Source: Clostridia bacterium (GTDB taxonomy: Bacteria > Bacillota > Clostridia > Christensenellales > Borkfalkiaceae). Taken from it: DNA of 64,000 bases. The notes under the pieces were generated by a model that saw only the letters and a list, made by a program, of their open reading frames with translations, did not search any database and was not told where the DNA came from. A program made the translations under genes and the position numbers. Shown piece after piece: positions 1-13,100 of this stretch. The stretch covers positions 3,876-67,875 of the forward strand of contig JAFTHW010000007.1 in assembly GCA_017457225.1 (NCBI GenBank), written 5' to 3'. Position 1 is the stretch's first letter. Every line of letters starts with the position of its first letter.

Positions 1-782
1 AAAAGTACACGGTGGAATTGGGCTTGGATGGCAGTAAGTACGACGAAATCCTTTCCAAATTCGACGACATCGCTTTGGACGACAAGATGATCGTCCGTTT
101 GGACAAGACGCAGAACTTACCCGAAACGCATCGTCATTTCTCGCATTTGATGTGCCTGTATCCTTTACACGTAATCAACTTCGACACGGAAGAGAATCAG
201 CTCATTTATTTGCGCTCCCTTTGGGAGTTGGAAGGACACGGTATGGGGCTTTGGGTAGGCTTCTCGTACGGAATGTGCGCGCAGATCTACGCGATGGCGC
301 TCAAAGGCAATTCGGCGTATGAAAAACTTCGCCAATTCGCAAACGGGTTCGTTGCGGAGAACGGCTTCCACCTCAACGGCGACTTTAAGGACTACGGCTA
401 TTCGACGTTCCATTACCGTCCGTTTACGCTGGAGAGCTCGTTCGGTTATTGCGACGCGTTGCACGAAATGCTGTTGCAGGACCATCAGGGCTATATTCAC
501 CTCTTCCCGGCGATCCCGACGGATTGGAAGGACCGAGAAGTTTCGTTCAAGAAGATCCGCAGTATGGGCGGCGTACTCGTCAGCGCGAAGTCTAAGAACA
601 ACTTGCTCGCGCAAGCGGAATTCGAGTCCTTAAAGCCCACGACCGTACGCGTAAAGAACGTCTTTGCAGATAGAGTCGTTTACGTAGAAAAGAACGGCAA
701 AGCAGAAGCGATCACGGCGGACGAAGAAGATATGTTCACAGTGGAACTCATTCGCGGTAAAACCAAGCTTTACGTAAAATAA
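1..782 (+). CDS. C-terminal part of a GH95-like glycoside hydrolase (alpha-L-fucosidase family); 5' end lies outside the window
   Basis: The frame is open from the window edge. Motifs HRHFSHLMCLYPLH, PFTLESSFGYCDALHEMLLQ and IHLFPAIPTDW resemble the GH95 catalytic/C-terminal region. Confidence 0.55.
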   Translation, partial: KYTVELGLDGSKYDEILSKFDDIALDDKMIVRLDKTQNLPETHRHFSHLMCLYPLHVINFDTEENQLIYLRSLWELEGHGMGLWVGFSYGMCAQIYAMALKGNSAYEKLRQFANGFVAENGFHLNGDFKDYGYSTFHYRPFTLESSFGYCDALHEMLLQDHQGYIHLFPAIPTDWKDREVSFKKIRSMGGVLVSAKSKNNLLAQAEFESLKPTTVRVKNVFADRVVYVEKNGKAEAITADEEDMFTVELIRGKTKLYVK

Positions 783-800
783 ATTCATAGCAGGTACGAG

Positions 801-1427
801 ATGAAACTGATTACTTTAGGGGATTCTATCACGCGCGGCTCGTTTTTCGAGCACGACGAATGGGGAGTAGCCGATCCCAATTATTCTCAGGTTTTGAAAG
901 AGCTTTTGGGCGCAGACGAACTCGTTTGCAGCGGAGTGAACGGAACGGCGATCAGCATTCTTTCTCCGACGAATACCGAATACGTATTTACTGTGCGGGC
1001 GAAAGAATTGAAAGATGCGGACGTATTCGTGATCGCGGGCGGTACGAACGATTTCGGGAACAACGACGGCGTACCTTTGGGAACTCCCGAGGACACCGAA
1101 GATATATCGTTTTACGGCGCGCTGGATTTTTTGTATCGAATCGTAAAAGAGAACAATCCCAAGGCGGAGATCTACGCGGTAACGCCGATCCCTCGCCAAT
1201 GGGAGAGCGAGAACCCCAGCGGTCATACGTTGAACGACTACCGCCGCGCGATCGAAGTAAAAGCTCGGGAATACGGATTTTCCGTGATTGACGGAAGTAA
1301 GGTCGGCATCGATGCGACCACGGCAGAGGGAAGAGCGAAACATCTCCCCGACGGGTTGCATCCCAACGTAGCGGGACACAAACTTTACGGCAATTATCTA
1401 TATCAAGAAATTATAAAAACCAGATAA
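801..1427 (+). CDS. SGNH/GDSL-family hydrolase (esterase)
   Basis: Block I LGDSITRG, block III GGTNDF and block V DGLHPN are present, in an operon-like position between two glycosidase genes. Confidence 0.8.
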   Translation: MKLITLGDSITRGSFFEHDEWGVADPNYSQVLKELLGADELVCSGVNGTAISILSPTNTEYVFTVRAKELKDADVFVIAGGTNDFGNNDGVPLGTPEDTEDISFYGALDFLYRIVKENNPKAEIYAVTPIPRQWESENPSGHTLNDYRRAIEVKAREYGFSVIDGSKVGIDATTAEGRAKHLPDGLHPNVAGHKLYGNYLYQEIIKTR

Positions 1428-1448
1428 AGATAAAGGAGAACGGGTTTT

Positions 1449-3626
1449 ATGAGTAGAAAGGGTAGAGTGACGATTCCTACGGATGAAAATTACGTAGAAG
1501 GTACGAAGAAGATTGCAGAGCTTTGGGGCGCGGACGCGGTGCGTGATTGCGACGGTACCCACCTACCCAAGAACGCTTTGGAAATTGCGGAAAAAGTATA
1601 TAACACGTATTTTGTCGTGCGCGGCGATAACGCGTGGGCAGACAATCACACGGACGAATTGCAGTCGGTGCTTCTCATTACCGATCCCGTACTCGCTACA
1701 AAAGACGGCGAACTCGTCATCGAGCTTTTGAAAGGATACAGCAAAGACCAACTCTGTATGAATGAAGAAAACCCCAAGAAATATTGGCAAGTATTCGATA
1801 GAACGACGTGCGAAGAAGTTCTTACGTGGGACTATTTGGGCGACGGAAAAGTAAAAGTAACGGGCGTTCAGGCGTATCATCAATACACCGTGAACTTCTT
1901 TGCGAAGAACTGCTGGGATTCCACGCAGATGTATAACTATATCACCAATAATTGGAACATTGAAAAGCACAAGGTTATGGAGCCCAGATTCGAGGCTACG
2001 TTCGAGCACATCAAAGACAATATGCGCAAATGGTGTGAAAACAACAAGAACGTAAACGTATGCCGCTACACGACGTTCTTATACCATTTCTTCCTTGTAT
2101 TCGACGAAAGAAACGAACAAAAGCACGTGGATTGGTTCGGTTATCCTATGACGGCGAGCCCCAGAGCGTTCGACGCGTTTGAAAAGGAATACGGCTATGA
2201 GATCAAATCGGAAGACATCGTAGCGAACGGCACGTATCACAGCCATTATACGAACCCTACGAAGAAGTTCCTCGACTATATGGAATTCACGGAAAAATAC
2301 GTCACCAAGACGGTTAGAGAACTCGTAGACATCGTGCACGCAGAAGGCAAAGAAGCGATGATGTTCCTTGGCGACAGCTGGATCGGAACGGAGCCTTACG
2401 GCGATTATTTCAAGGATATGAATTTGGACGCGGTAGTCGGCTCGGTCGGCGGCGGCGTAACCGTTCGTATGCTTTCGGAAATTCCCCACGTAAAATACCA
2501 CGAGGGTAGATTCCTGCCCTACTTCTTCCCCGACACGTTTTTTGAGGGGAATGAAGGTCCTGCGATTGCGGAGCTCAATAGAAATTGGGTAACGGCAAGA
2601 AGAGCGATGCTCAGAAAACCTTTGGACAGAATGGGCTTCGGCGGCTATTTGCAGCTTGCGGCGGAATTTCCCGGCTTTATTCAAAGAGCGGCGGAAATCT
2701 GCGACGAATTCCGTGATATTTGCGATGCGGCAGGGGATGCGAAACCCTATTGCGGCGCAACGGTCGCGGTTTTGAACAGCTGGGGTAAGAAACGCAGCTG
2801 GATGGGACATATGGTCGCGCACGAACTTTGGTATCAAATGGCATACTCCTATCAAGGGGTATACGAAGCGTTGTCTGGTTTGGGTGTAGACGTGAAGTTC
2901 ATTTCTTTCGACGACATTTTGAAGAACGGAATCGAGAAAGACATCGACGTAATTATCAACGTAGGCGACGAGGGCACGGCGTTCTCCGGCGGAGAATATT
3001 GGAACAATCCCGAGCTTGTGACGATGCTTAGAAAATGGGTAGCGGAAGGCCACGGATTGATCGGCGTAGGCGAGCCTACGGCATACCAAAAAGGCGGTAG
3101 ATTATTCCAGCTTGCAGACGTACTCGGCGTAGACGAAGAAAAGGGCTTCACCCTTTCGGAAAATAAATACAATATCGAAAAGAAAGCGCACTTCATCACG
3201 GCGGATACGACGAGCGAAATCGACTACGGCGAAGGCAAGAAGAACGTGTATGCGTTAAAAGGCGCGGAGGTTTTGGATATCGAAATTTCCGACAGATTTA
3301 TCCGTAATGTAAACGTCGGCGAAGTGAAGCTTGCGGCGAACCAATACGGCAAGGGCAGAGGCGTATATATTGCAGGTCTTCCCTACAATCCTCAAAACTC
3401 CAGAATGTTGCTCCGCGCGATTTTCTGGTCGTGCAATAAGGAAAAGGAAATGCAAAAAGCGTTCTCGACCAACGCCGTTACCGATTGCGCGTATTATCCC
3501 GCCACGGGCAAGTACGCTATTATCAACAATACTGATCAAGAACAAAAAACGGTATTCTACGATGTGAATGGCAAAGCGGAAGAAATGACACTGAAACCCA
3601 ATTCCGTTGCTTGGAGAAACGCGTAA
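1449..3626 (+). CDS. gnpA: 1,3-beta-galactosyl-N-acetylhexosamine phosphorylase (GH112; galacto-N-biose/lacto-N-biose phosphorylase)
   Basis: The protein is 725 aa. N-terminus GRVTIPTDENYVEGTKKIAELWGADAVRDCDGTHL, GKEAMMFLGDSWIGTEPY, EGRFLPYFFPDTFFEGN and YGKGRGVYIAGLPY closely follow the Bifidobacterium LNBP pattern as I recall it. Confidence 0.85.
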   Translation: MSRKGRVTIPTDENYVEGTKKIAELWGADAVRDCDGTHLPKNALEIAEKVYNTYFVVRGDNAWADNHTDELQSVLLITDPVLATKDGELVIELLKGYSKDQLCMNEENPKKYWQVFDRTTCEEVLTWDYLGDGKVKVTGVQAYHQYTVNFFAKNCWDSTQMYNYITNNWNIEKHKVMEPRFEATFEHIKDNMRKWCENNKNVNVCRYTTFLYHFFLVFDERNEQKHVDWFGYPMTASPRAFDAFEKEYGYEIKSEDIVANGTYHSHYTNPTKKFLDYMEFTEKYVTKTVRELVDIVHAEGKEAMMFLGDSWIGTEPYGDYFKDMNLDAVVGSVGGGVTVRMLSEIPHVKYHEGRFLPYFFPDTFFEGNEGPAIAELNRNWVTARRAMLRKPLDRMGFGGYLQLAAEFPGFIQRAAEICDEFRDICDAAGDAKPYCGATVAVLNSWGKKRSWMGHMVAHELWYQMAYSYQGVYEALSGLGVDVKFISFDDILKNGIEKDIDVIINVGDEGTAFSGGEYWNNPELVTMLRKWVAEGHGLIGVGEPTAYQKGGRLFQLADVLGVDEEKGFTLSENKYNIEKKAHFITADTTSEIDYGEGKKNVYALKGAEVLDIEISDRFIRNVNVGEVKLAANQYGKGRGVYIAGLPYNPQNSRMLLRAIFWSCNKEKEMQKAFSTNAVTDCAYYPATGKYAIINNTDQEQKTVFYDVNGKAEEMTLKPNSVAWRNA

Positions 3627-3684
3627 ACGGATTTCCATTCAGATAAGGGAAAATGGAGTATTAAAATTACATTTATAAGTAGGC

Positions 3685-3722
3685 AACCGCCGTTCTCCGA
3701 ATAGGGGGACGGCGGTTTGTTA
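3685..3722 (+). terminator. Intrinsic terminator after gnpA
   Basis: Hairpin AACCGCCGT / ACGGCGGTT is followed by TGTT. Confidence 0.65.
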
Positions 3723-3812
3723 TATATTTGCATATCGAAAAAATTCAATAACGTAGATAAAAAACAATAAAAATATAAATTTTTCAAAAAAACGGTAACA
3801 TTTTCCGTTACT

Positions 3813-3842
3813 TTGATTACAGGTTGGTATATTTGTGATAAT
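3813..3842 (+). promoter_or_regulatory. Candidate sigma-A promoter for the small ORF plus giant gene
   Basis: TTGATT, an 18-nt spacer, then TGtGATAAT (extended -10) in an AT-rich spacer. Confidence 0.45.
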
Positions 3843-3966
3843 ATAAATAGGATAGAATGGGAAGATTGTAGTGTGTTTGACAATTTTTCTTTCTTTTCTA
3901 CGCAAAGAAAGGCGGAATAGAGAGCGTGAAACTCTCTGTTCAAAAAGAAATTTAAGGAGAAGTACT

Positions 3967-4107
3967 ATGAAAACATTGTATGAGCGGCTTTTGGTTTCAG
4001 TGACCTACTATGAAGAAGAAGATGTAATTAGAACATCGTTCACGACGTCCGACGGTGAGAACGCGGGTGGCGTATTGGATTCCGAGTATGACGCTTGGGG
4101 CGACTAA
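3967..4107 (+). CDS. 46-aa acidic small protein of unknown function (MKTLYERLLVSVTYYEEEDVIRTSFTTSDGENAGGVLDSEYDAWGD)
   Basis: A strong RBS (AAGGAG) sits 7 nt upstream of the ATG. The ORF lies 65 nt upstream of the giant gene on the same strand, with no terminator between. It is too short for the ORF track. Confidence 0.45.
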   Translation: MKTLYERLLVSVTYYEEEDVIRTSFTTSDGENAGGVLDSEYDAWGD

Positions 4108-4172
4108 CGAAGTAAAAAAGAAGAATAGGGAAGAACAACGAATAACAAGGAATAATGAGGAGAACAAATATT

Positions 4173-7100
4173 ATGAGTAAAGCAATTAAAAAACCTTTGC
4201 TGTACTTATTGACGGTGTTGAGCGCGATCGTATTTGCGCTCGGTGTATGGTTCGGTTTGGATACCAACCAAAGCTCCGTCACGGCGAACGCAGCGTCGTA
4301 CACCCGTATTACGGGTACGGCATCGAGCGAGAGTGTAAACGGAAAATTGACGTTAAACTCGTTCCGTACGCAAACGGGCGGATCGGTTCGTCTTGTTGCG
4401 CCTAAGGGGCTCCGTTACGTAACGGAAATTTCCCCTGCGGACGTAGCGAAACTGCCTGAGAACGCAGTATTCGGCACGTTGCTGATGCCCAAGGACAAAT
4501 TGGGCGACAACGAACTGGTGAAAGGACTGGTTGTCAACGGTGCGAAGGCGATGGATATCAAGGCAATGTCGTGGAAAGACACGACGATCGCGACGAGTTC
4601 GGATAAATATACATATACGGCGGTATTGGTAGGGAGCGCGACGGCAGACTTGCCCGTTTCCTATTACAACCGTGACATCGTAGCGCGCGGTTACGTTACG
4701 TACACGGACGCTGCAGGTAAAACGTACACGGTCTACGCGAGCAATTCGCAAACGCGTAATATAGCGTACGTAGCGAATCAAACTTTGATCAACGAAGGTT
4801 TGACGGACGAAGCGGAAACGCTGATGAACACGATCATCAAAACGGCGGTTACGTCGTTTGCAGTCAACGAAGACAAAGTAACGCTCGGTGTGAGCAAAAA
4901 TACGACGTACACGATCACGACGACGAGAACGGGCTTGAACGGTAGATCCGTAGACGGGCTGATTCCCACGTACGTTATCGCGAACACGGACGTAGCGACG
5001 ATCGACCAAAACGGTACGATCACGGCGAAGAGTGCGGGTGTTACGACGCTCACGGCAACGCTCGGCAACTTCACGGATACGGTAGAGATCGTTGTTCAAG
5101 ACACGCTTTGGAACAACGTAGACGAAATCACGCGTATCAATTTTACGGATTATTATATGGGTGCGAACGGAAAGACCGGTGACGGTATTTCTAACATTAG
5201 CGTAGCGAATCTTTCGGAAGCGAACGCAGTCGGCGGCAGAACGGGCGGCAGCTACTATTTCGTAGAGCAGGCGTACCGTGACAATGCAAGTGCGGAGAGC
5301 TGGAGAAAAGCAACGCAGCGTTTCGTATTGAAGCCTTATTACGATAAGACCGTATACGAGGCGTACGCAAACGCGAACCAAAACGCGAGCCTTTCGTTCG
5401 ACGTATACTTAACGGAAGCGTTGGCAGATGGCGAAACGCCGTTGAAAGAAAACTACAGCTATTATTTGAACGGCCAGACTTCGCCTCTGAAAATGAGCAC
5501 GAACAAATGGTACACGTTCCAAATCCCTCTTTCGACGTTGTTGACGAATTGGGATGCAATTAAAACGCCCGGTGAAACGAACGACTCGACGATCGCGTTG
5601 TTCAGCGTAGCGGGCGAATTCAGCTCGGCTACGAGAGAACTCAATTTCTGGATCGGTAACTTCACGTTATCGGCAACGACGGACACGAGCACGGGTCCCG
5701 TAATCGAAACGGTAGAAACGAGCGCAATGCAGCTTAAAGACTTGGCAGGGATGGAAACGTTTGACCTGAGCAGTCTTTTGACCGACGCACAAAAAGAATC
5801 TTTGGAAGCAATCAAAGGCGACTACGAAGTAAGCTATTCGGTATCGTACGCAGGCCAAAACGCAGAGGTCAACGGTAGTGTAATGACGACGGCAGGGGTA
5901 GACGCATTGTCGACAGTAGAGATCTACGTCGGCACGTCGATGTTCTACTCCGCGCAAATGGATTTCTACACCTCGTTCGCCCGTAGCTGGAATGTAATCA
6001 GCGCGAGAATGAACGGCGTTGACTATATGTGTAACGGTCAGATCAAAAATGATTATGGCACCATCGAATATTTGGAAAACTACGCAGGAGTAAATGACGT
6101 ATATAAACTGACTACGACTACGGAGTACGCGCAGTTTAACGGTATCAGTATTATGCCTATGCACGGCGAGTCCTATTATCAAGAAATTTATGATCTGGAT
6201 TCGTCGGCAAAACTCACGTTCCAAATTTATTGGGAAGATTTGAAAGGCGCTGAGTATCTTACGCCTATGAGTACGATTTCTTACGACAGACAGTCCAAAG
6301 GAAACAGAACTGAAAATACGTGGCACACGTACGAGATTCCTCTTTCCACGATTTTGGCAAACTGGGAACTTTTAGGTGTCTCGAATGGGGGTAGCGATGC
6401 GCGAAATACTATTTTCGGTGTTACGAATAGTGTTACGGATAACTACTCGTTCTATTTCGCAAATATGACGCTTGAAACGACGGCAATTCCTGCGCCTGAA
6501 TTAACAGCGATTGAAAAGACGATGCAGCCGGTCGACGTAATCGGTTTGGAAGAATACGGCTACGATTTGAATCGTGTGTTGGAAGATACCGAAAAAGAAG
6601 CTCTCGCGACGGCGAAAACGTACCAAGAGGTATATAACTATCCCGTAACCTATAAACTGTTGCAAAACGGTACGGAAGTCTACTCGGGTGAATCCGTAAT
6701 CAATACGACGGCGTTCAAAGGCGTGTATACGTTGGAAATCTACGTAAGTACTGCATTGTTCTACACCGCTCCCATTTATATTTATGATTCCTCCACCGAG
6801 CCTTACATATGGAACGTAATCAGCGCGGAAAAGAACGGCGCGGCGTTTACCTCTAACGGTACGGTTAACGCCTGGTATGGATCGGTAACGTATCATAATA
6901 CGTATGCAAACAAAGAAAACGTTTACGCGATCACGACAACAGCTAATCCAGACGCGTTCAACGGTATTTCGATCAAGGCAATGTATGAGAAATCCTATTA
7001 CGAAGACATTTTGGCGGATGATGAAAACGCGAAAGTAACGTTCTATCTGTATTGGGAAGATTTGATGGGCGTAAACCAAATTACGGTCAACAAAGAAGTT

Positions 7101-10100
7101 GCGTATCATAGAGATAGTGTAAAAGATAATACTCCAAACGTATGGCATAAGTTTGAAGTATCGCTTTCGGTATTGCTTACGAACTGGGATAAACAAGGCG
7201 TAGGCGACGACGGTAACGGAGCGTCTGCGGCATTGGTAGGCTTTAATTCCAGTGGAACGGTAACGGGAAATTACGTTATTTATATGGCGGATTTGGCGAT
7301 CGAAACAACGGCAGCGCCCGATGCGATCGCTCCTTCCGTGGAAGAATTGAGTGGTGAAACGACGCTTGTCAACACCGACGAAACGCCGAGCTTGGATTTG
7401 AGCACGAAGATTTCTCCAGAAAATTTGACGAAACTCGAAAATTACTCCACGTTCAATGGCGTAAAGGGTTACTTTGACGTAACGTATGCGCTTGCAAAAG
7501 ACGGCGTAGCGGTTACGGTGAACGGTACGACGGTAGATTGCGACGGCTTGGTAGGCGTATACACGTTGACGGTATCCGTAGGCGGCGTAACGGCTTACGA
7601 AGCGACGTTGGACTTCTACAACGCAGAAAATGCGCCGATCACGCAGATTCCCACGATCACGACGATCAACGGCACGGTGGCAGAGCCTGTAGACGTAATC
7701 GGTTTGAATGGATACGGCTACGAATTGACGAGAATTTTGACGGCAGAACAGGTAACGGACTTGGAGAACGCAACCTCGTACAACGGCGTACCTTACAGCT
7801 ACCCCGTATCTTATAAGGTATACGCGGGCGAGGTAGAAGCGACCGTAACGGACGGCTTCGTAGCAACAGAAACGCTGAGAGGCGAATACACAGTAGAGAT
7901 CTATGTCGGTACGCAGTTGTTCTATACGGCAACCGTAACGTTTATAGACTCCTCCGATTCTTACGTATACAATACGGCAACGGACGTAAGCACGGTGAGC
8001 AAAACAGGCTGGGGTGGCAACATCACGGTAACGGCAGTGACGGCGGCAGAGCTTCCCATTGCATACACGGGCGAAGCAACGAACTTCCTGAAGATTAAGA
8101 ATTTGAACGGTAACAAGATCGCGATTGCGCCTGAAATGGACGCGGCTTATTACGAAGAGTTGAAAGGCAAAAACTATCTCGTAGCATTTGATTATTTGCT
8201 TTACACGAATGGTTGTGAAAATCCCGCAATCGTATTCCAGGGTGTGAGTGGTCAATATCAAACGAAGGGCGACGCGTGGGTAACGCGCGGTGACGGCAGC
8301 CAAATTGGTTTTGACTCGAATACGGAAGGCGCAAACAACACGTTGTATCTTGACAACTTGTTGGACGGCACGACGACGTATGTAATGTACACGTATGATA
8401 CACCCGACGGCTATGCAAATTGGGAACTGTACGTAGGTAATTTCCGCATTCTCAACACAGACGGAAGCGACCTCCCCGTAGGCAAAGTAGAGCCTGAAAT
8501 TGAGTCGGCCATTGAAAATGCAGAAACAACGAAGATCGACCTGATCGGTTTGGCTAACTACTCCTACGACCTGTCTACGCTTTTGCCGAATGAGTACGAG
8601 GATGATCTCGCTACGGCAAGATCGTTCAACGGCAGAGAAGAAGTCTTCGACGTAACGTATGCGTTGAAGCAGGGTGAAAACGAAGTAGAACTTAGCGGCT
8701 CTTTCGTTCCTTGCGCTTCCGTAAGCGGTGACTACACGTTAGAAATCTACGTAGGCGGCGTATTGTTCTACACCGCTCCCGTAAACTTCTACGATTCCTC
8801 TGTGCGCGTATGGAATACGATTAACGCAGATAAGACCGGCGCGGCGTTTACCTCTAACGGTACGGTGAACGCTTGGTATGGATCGGTAACGTATCTTGAA
8901 ACGTATGCAAACAAAGAAAATGTTTACGCGATCACGATGACAGAAAACGCAAATCAGTTCAACGGTATTTCGATCAAGGCAATGTATGAGAAATCCTATT
9001 ACGAGGCTATTTTGGCGGCTGATCCTAACGCGAAAGTAACGTTCTATTTGTATTGGGAAGATTTGAAGGGCGTAGACCAAATTACGGTCAACAGTGAAAT
9101 TCATTATAATAGAGAAACTTTAAAGGATAAGACTCCGAATGTATGGCAAAAGTTTGAAGTATCGCTTTCGGTATTGCTTACGAATTGGGATTACCAAGGC
9201 GTAGCAAGCGTAAGCTGGGGCGGAGCAGATGCGGCATTGGTAGGCTTTAACTCCAGTACGTCAACGGTAACGGGAAATTACGTTATTTATATGGCGGATT
9301 TGGCGATCGAAACGACGGCGGTCGACACGGTAGAGCCTACGATTACGCAAGTTTTGAGAGGTGAAACGACGCTTGTCAACACCGACGAAACGCCGAACTT
9401 GGATTTGAGTGAAACCATCTTGGAAGCAAACAAAACAGCGCTCGAAAGCTATCGTGCGTTCAACGGCGTAGCGACGTACTTCGATGTAACGTACGCGCTT
9501 GCAAAAGGCGAAGAAACGGTTATGGTAAACGGCTCTTCCGTTGCTTGTGACGGTTTGGTAGGCGTATACGATTTGACGGCATTTGTAGGCGGCGAAATCG
9601 CTTACACGGCAACGATTGACTTCTATAACAGCGAAGTAGCTCCCGAAACGGCAACGCCTACGTTCGACGCGAGAACGGCGGAAACGACGAAAGTAAATGT
9701 TCTCGGCTTGTCCGCGTACGAATACGATTTCTTGAGCGTTTTGACGGCAGACGACAAAGTTGCGTTGAGCTCGGCAAGAGAATTTAACGGCGAAGCGAAC
9801 GTCTTCCCTGTAACCTATCAAGTATTGCAAGGCGAAACGGTAGTGTCGAGTGGCACGAAAGTTTCGTTCGCAGAGCTTGCAGGCGACTACACGTTTGAAA
9901 TTTATGTAGGCGGCGTATTGTTCTACACCGCTCCCGTAAACTTCTACGATTCCTCCGATCCGTTCGTATGGAACGTAATCAGCGCGGAAAAGAACGGCGT
10001 TGACTATATGTGTAACGGTGCTGTTAAAAATTCTTGGGGTTCCATTGAATATTTGGAAACATACGCGAATGCAAGCGACGTTTATAAAGTAACGACGACG

Positions 10101-13100
10101 AATAATTACGAGTATTTTAACGGTATTTCAATCAAGGCAATGCACGACAAATCCTATTACCAAGAAATTTTGGATAAGGACGCATCGGCAAAACTCACGT
10201 TCCAGGTATATTGGGAAGATGTAAAAGGAGCTCAGTATCTTACGGAGAACAAATCGAGTGCTTATCAGAGAGAATATATTCCAGAAGAAGCATCTACGTG
10301 GCATACGTATGAGATACCTCTTTCGCGGTTGCTCGACAACTGGGATTATATGGGTGGCACTAACGGTGACTCGCGTTCGATCTTGGTTGCGATAGGCGAG
10401 GGCGCAACGGAGAACTTCTCATTCTATTTTGCGAATATGGCGCTTGAAACGACGGCAACGCCTGACACGGTAGATCCTACCGTAGAATTGGTGACGGGCG
10501 CGGCGCAATCCGTCAATATGGCAGGCAATACGACGTTTGACTTGACGTCCACGATTTCGGGCGTAAATCAAGTAAAACTCGAGGCAATGAACGTATTCGA
10601 TAAGAATGCGTATATGACGGTAGAAAACTACTTTGAGGTAACCTACACGCTCACGCAGGGTGAAACGGTTTACGATCTTGGCACGAGTGCTTCGATCGAT
10701 TCTTCCGCATACCTTGGCGACTATACGTTCAACGTATATATCGGCGGCGTAGAAGCGTACGAATCCACGCTTACCCTCTACAACACCGACAACGGTTACG
10801 AATGGAACGTAATCAGCTCGGCAAAAGACGGCGTTGACTATATGTGTAACGGTGTGATTAGCAATGCTTCTGGTACGATCGAATATTTGGAAAGCTATGC
10901 AGAAGTAAATGATGTATACAAACTGACGACGACGACAGATTACAACCAGTTTAACGGTATCGGTATTACGCCTATGCACGACAAGTCCTATTACCAAGAA
11001 CTTGCGGAAATGGATGCGTCGGCAAAACTTACGTTCCAAATTTATTGGGAAGATTTGAAAGGCGCTACATACCTTACGCCTATGCAGACGGGCTCTTGGG
11101 GAAGACAGTCCAAAGGAAACAGAACTGAAAATACGTGGCACACGTACGAGATTTCTCTTTCTACGATTCTGGCAAACTGGGATAAGTTAGGTGTTTCGCA
11201 GCCGGGTAGCGGTGGTGCTCAAAATACTATTTTCGGTATCGATAATGGCGCAACGGAGAACTTCTCATTCTATTTTGCGAATATGGAATTGGTAGTAGAC
11301 GTTCCCGAATATTTCTACGAAGCAACAGAAGAAGAAACCGAAAACGTTGTATGGAACTCCGTAAACCCTGAACGTATCACCGATTATACGGCATATTACG
11401 TTAACCAGCCTGTATCTTGGAGAGGCGGCACGAGCTTTATCTCCGTTGACAAACTCAGCGAAGAAAATGCGTTGGGTGGCAGAACGGAAGGCGCGTACTA
11501 TCTCGTTACGATGGATACAAGCAATGCGGATTGCTATCACTACTTTGCATTAAAGCCTTTGTTTGACAAAGCAACCTATCAAAACAATTACGATCTCTCC
11601 ACGGCAACGTTGACGTTCGACTTCTGTTTTAAGAACGTAGCGGCAACGCCTACGTCCACGCCTACCTTGAGAAAAGTTAATCCTCTCGGCGGCGCGGCGA
11701 TAAACGCGCAGGCGGACACGTGGTACACGTTTGAAGTTTCGTTGGCGAAATTGCTTGAAAATTGGGATGAATTCCAAACACCCAATACGAACGATGAGTC
11801 AGATCTGTGCTCGATCTTCAAGTTGGAAAGCACGTTCGGCTCTGACGAAAATAAGGATTCCGATCCCGTGAATATGTGGTTTGGTAACTTCGAGTTGTCG
11901 GGTAAGAAAGACGCAGACAACACGGTTGGCAAAGCGGAGAACAACACGGATGCGACCATTTGGACGGCAACCGGCGAGAAGATCTTGCAGAATAAGACGT
12001 ACGAAGTTGGCGCGGAAGCGCTCGAAATCAACGCATTCCGCAACGAGTACGAATCCGCGCAGATCATTATGACGGCTACGTCCGAAATGACGTACACGAT
12101 TGAACTTGCAGACTTGACGGATAGATGGGGCAACGTCCTTTCGGCGGATTGCTTCGATATCTACCATCAGTTGTATATTGAAGTATCGCGTTCGACCGAT
12201 CCTTTCAATTCGCAGGGCGCAGGCTTCTATCCCGACGCATTGTTGCCTTACAGCGCGGCGGTGCTCAAGGGCATCAACACGACGGCAAACGGCAACCAGG
12301 GTATTTGGGTAACGGTTAACGTACCGAAAGATCAGGAAGCAGGCGTTTACACGGGCGCATTCACGCTCACGATCGACGGTAAGACGGCGACAGTTCCCGT
12401 ATGCGTAACGGTTTACGATTACACGCTCTCTGACGAAGTCCACAGCACGAACACGTTCAGCTTCAACTGGGCAGCGGTTGCGGCGGCGGAAGGCTTGTTC
12501 GCAGACGGCGTAACGGATTACAGCGAAGTAAGCGGCTCTAACGTACCTTACGAATTGCAGCAGATGTATCGTGACTTCTTGTCTGAGTACCGTATCAGTA
12601 CTCCTGCATTGGCGGGTTACACGGGCAGCGATTATACGAGTTGGGCGGGCTACGCGTATAGACCGAATGAAATCTTCAACTATACGAAAGAGAACGACGA
12701 ATTCACATCTACGTTCAAGCTGTTGAACAAAGATGAAACGGGCTATAGCAATATGACCGATTATGAGTTCAACGACAACGTTGAAAAGTGGTTGGTATCC
12801 GTAACGGAACAGCTTAAGAAAGATCCTGCATACAGAATCAACATTATTTCGCAGTCCACGCGTGTAAGAAGTGCGGTCATTGAAAGCACGGTTGCGGCGT
12901 TGAATAAGGACGCGGCTACGGAAGCTACGGCTTTGGCTGGCATTGATACGATTCACAATGTTCGAGATGGCTCTCAAGGTGGCGACGTGATCGACGAACT
13001 CGTATTGAGACACGTTATTGAAGAAATGTATCTTTACAGCGTAGAGAACAATATCAACTTGTTCGATCGTTCGTATATGTTCTTCAGCGGTATCGACGAA

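Noticed and set aside
3628-3943. A 128-aa minus-strand ORF (3557-3943) and a 61-aa ORF in the AT-rich spacer upstream of the giant gene.
   Set aside because: They overlap the gnpA 3' end and its terminator, give a low-complexity AT-rich translation, and have no RBS. The region is better explained as promoter and leader DNA.
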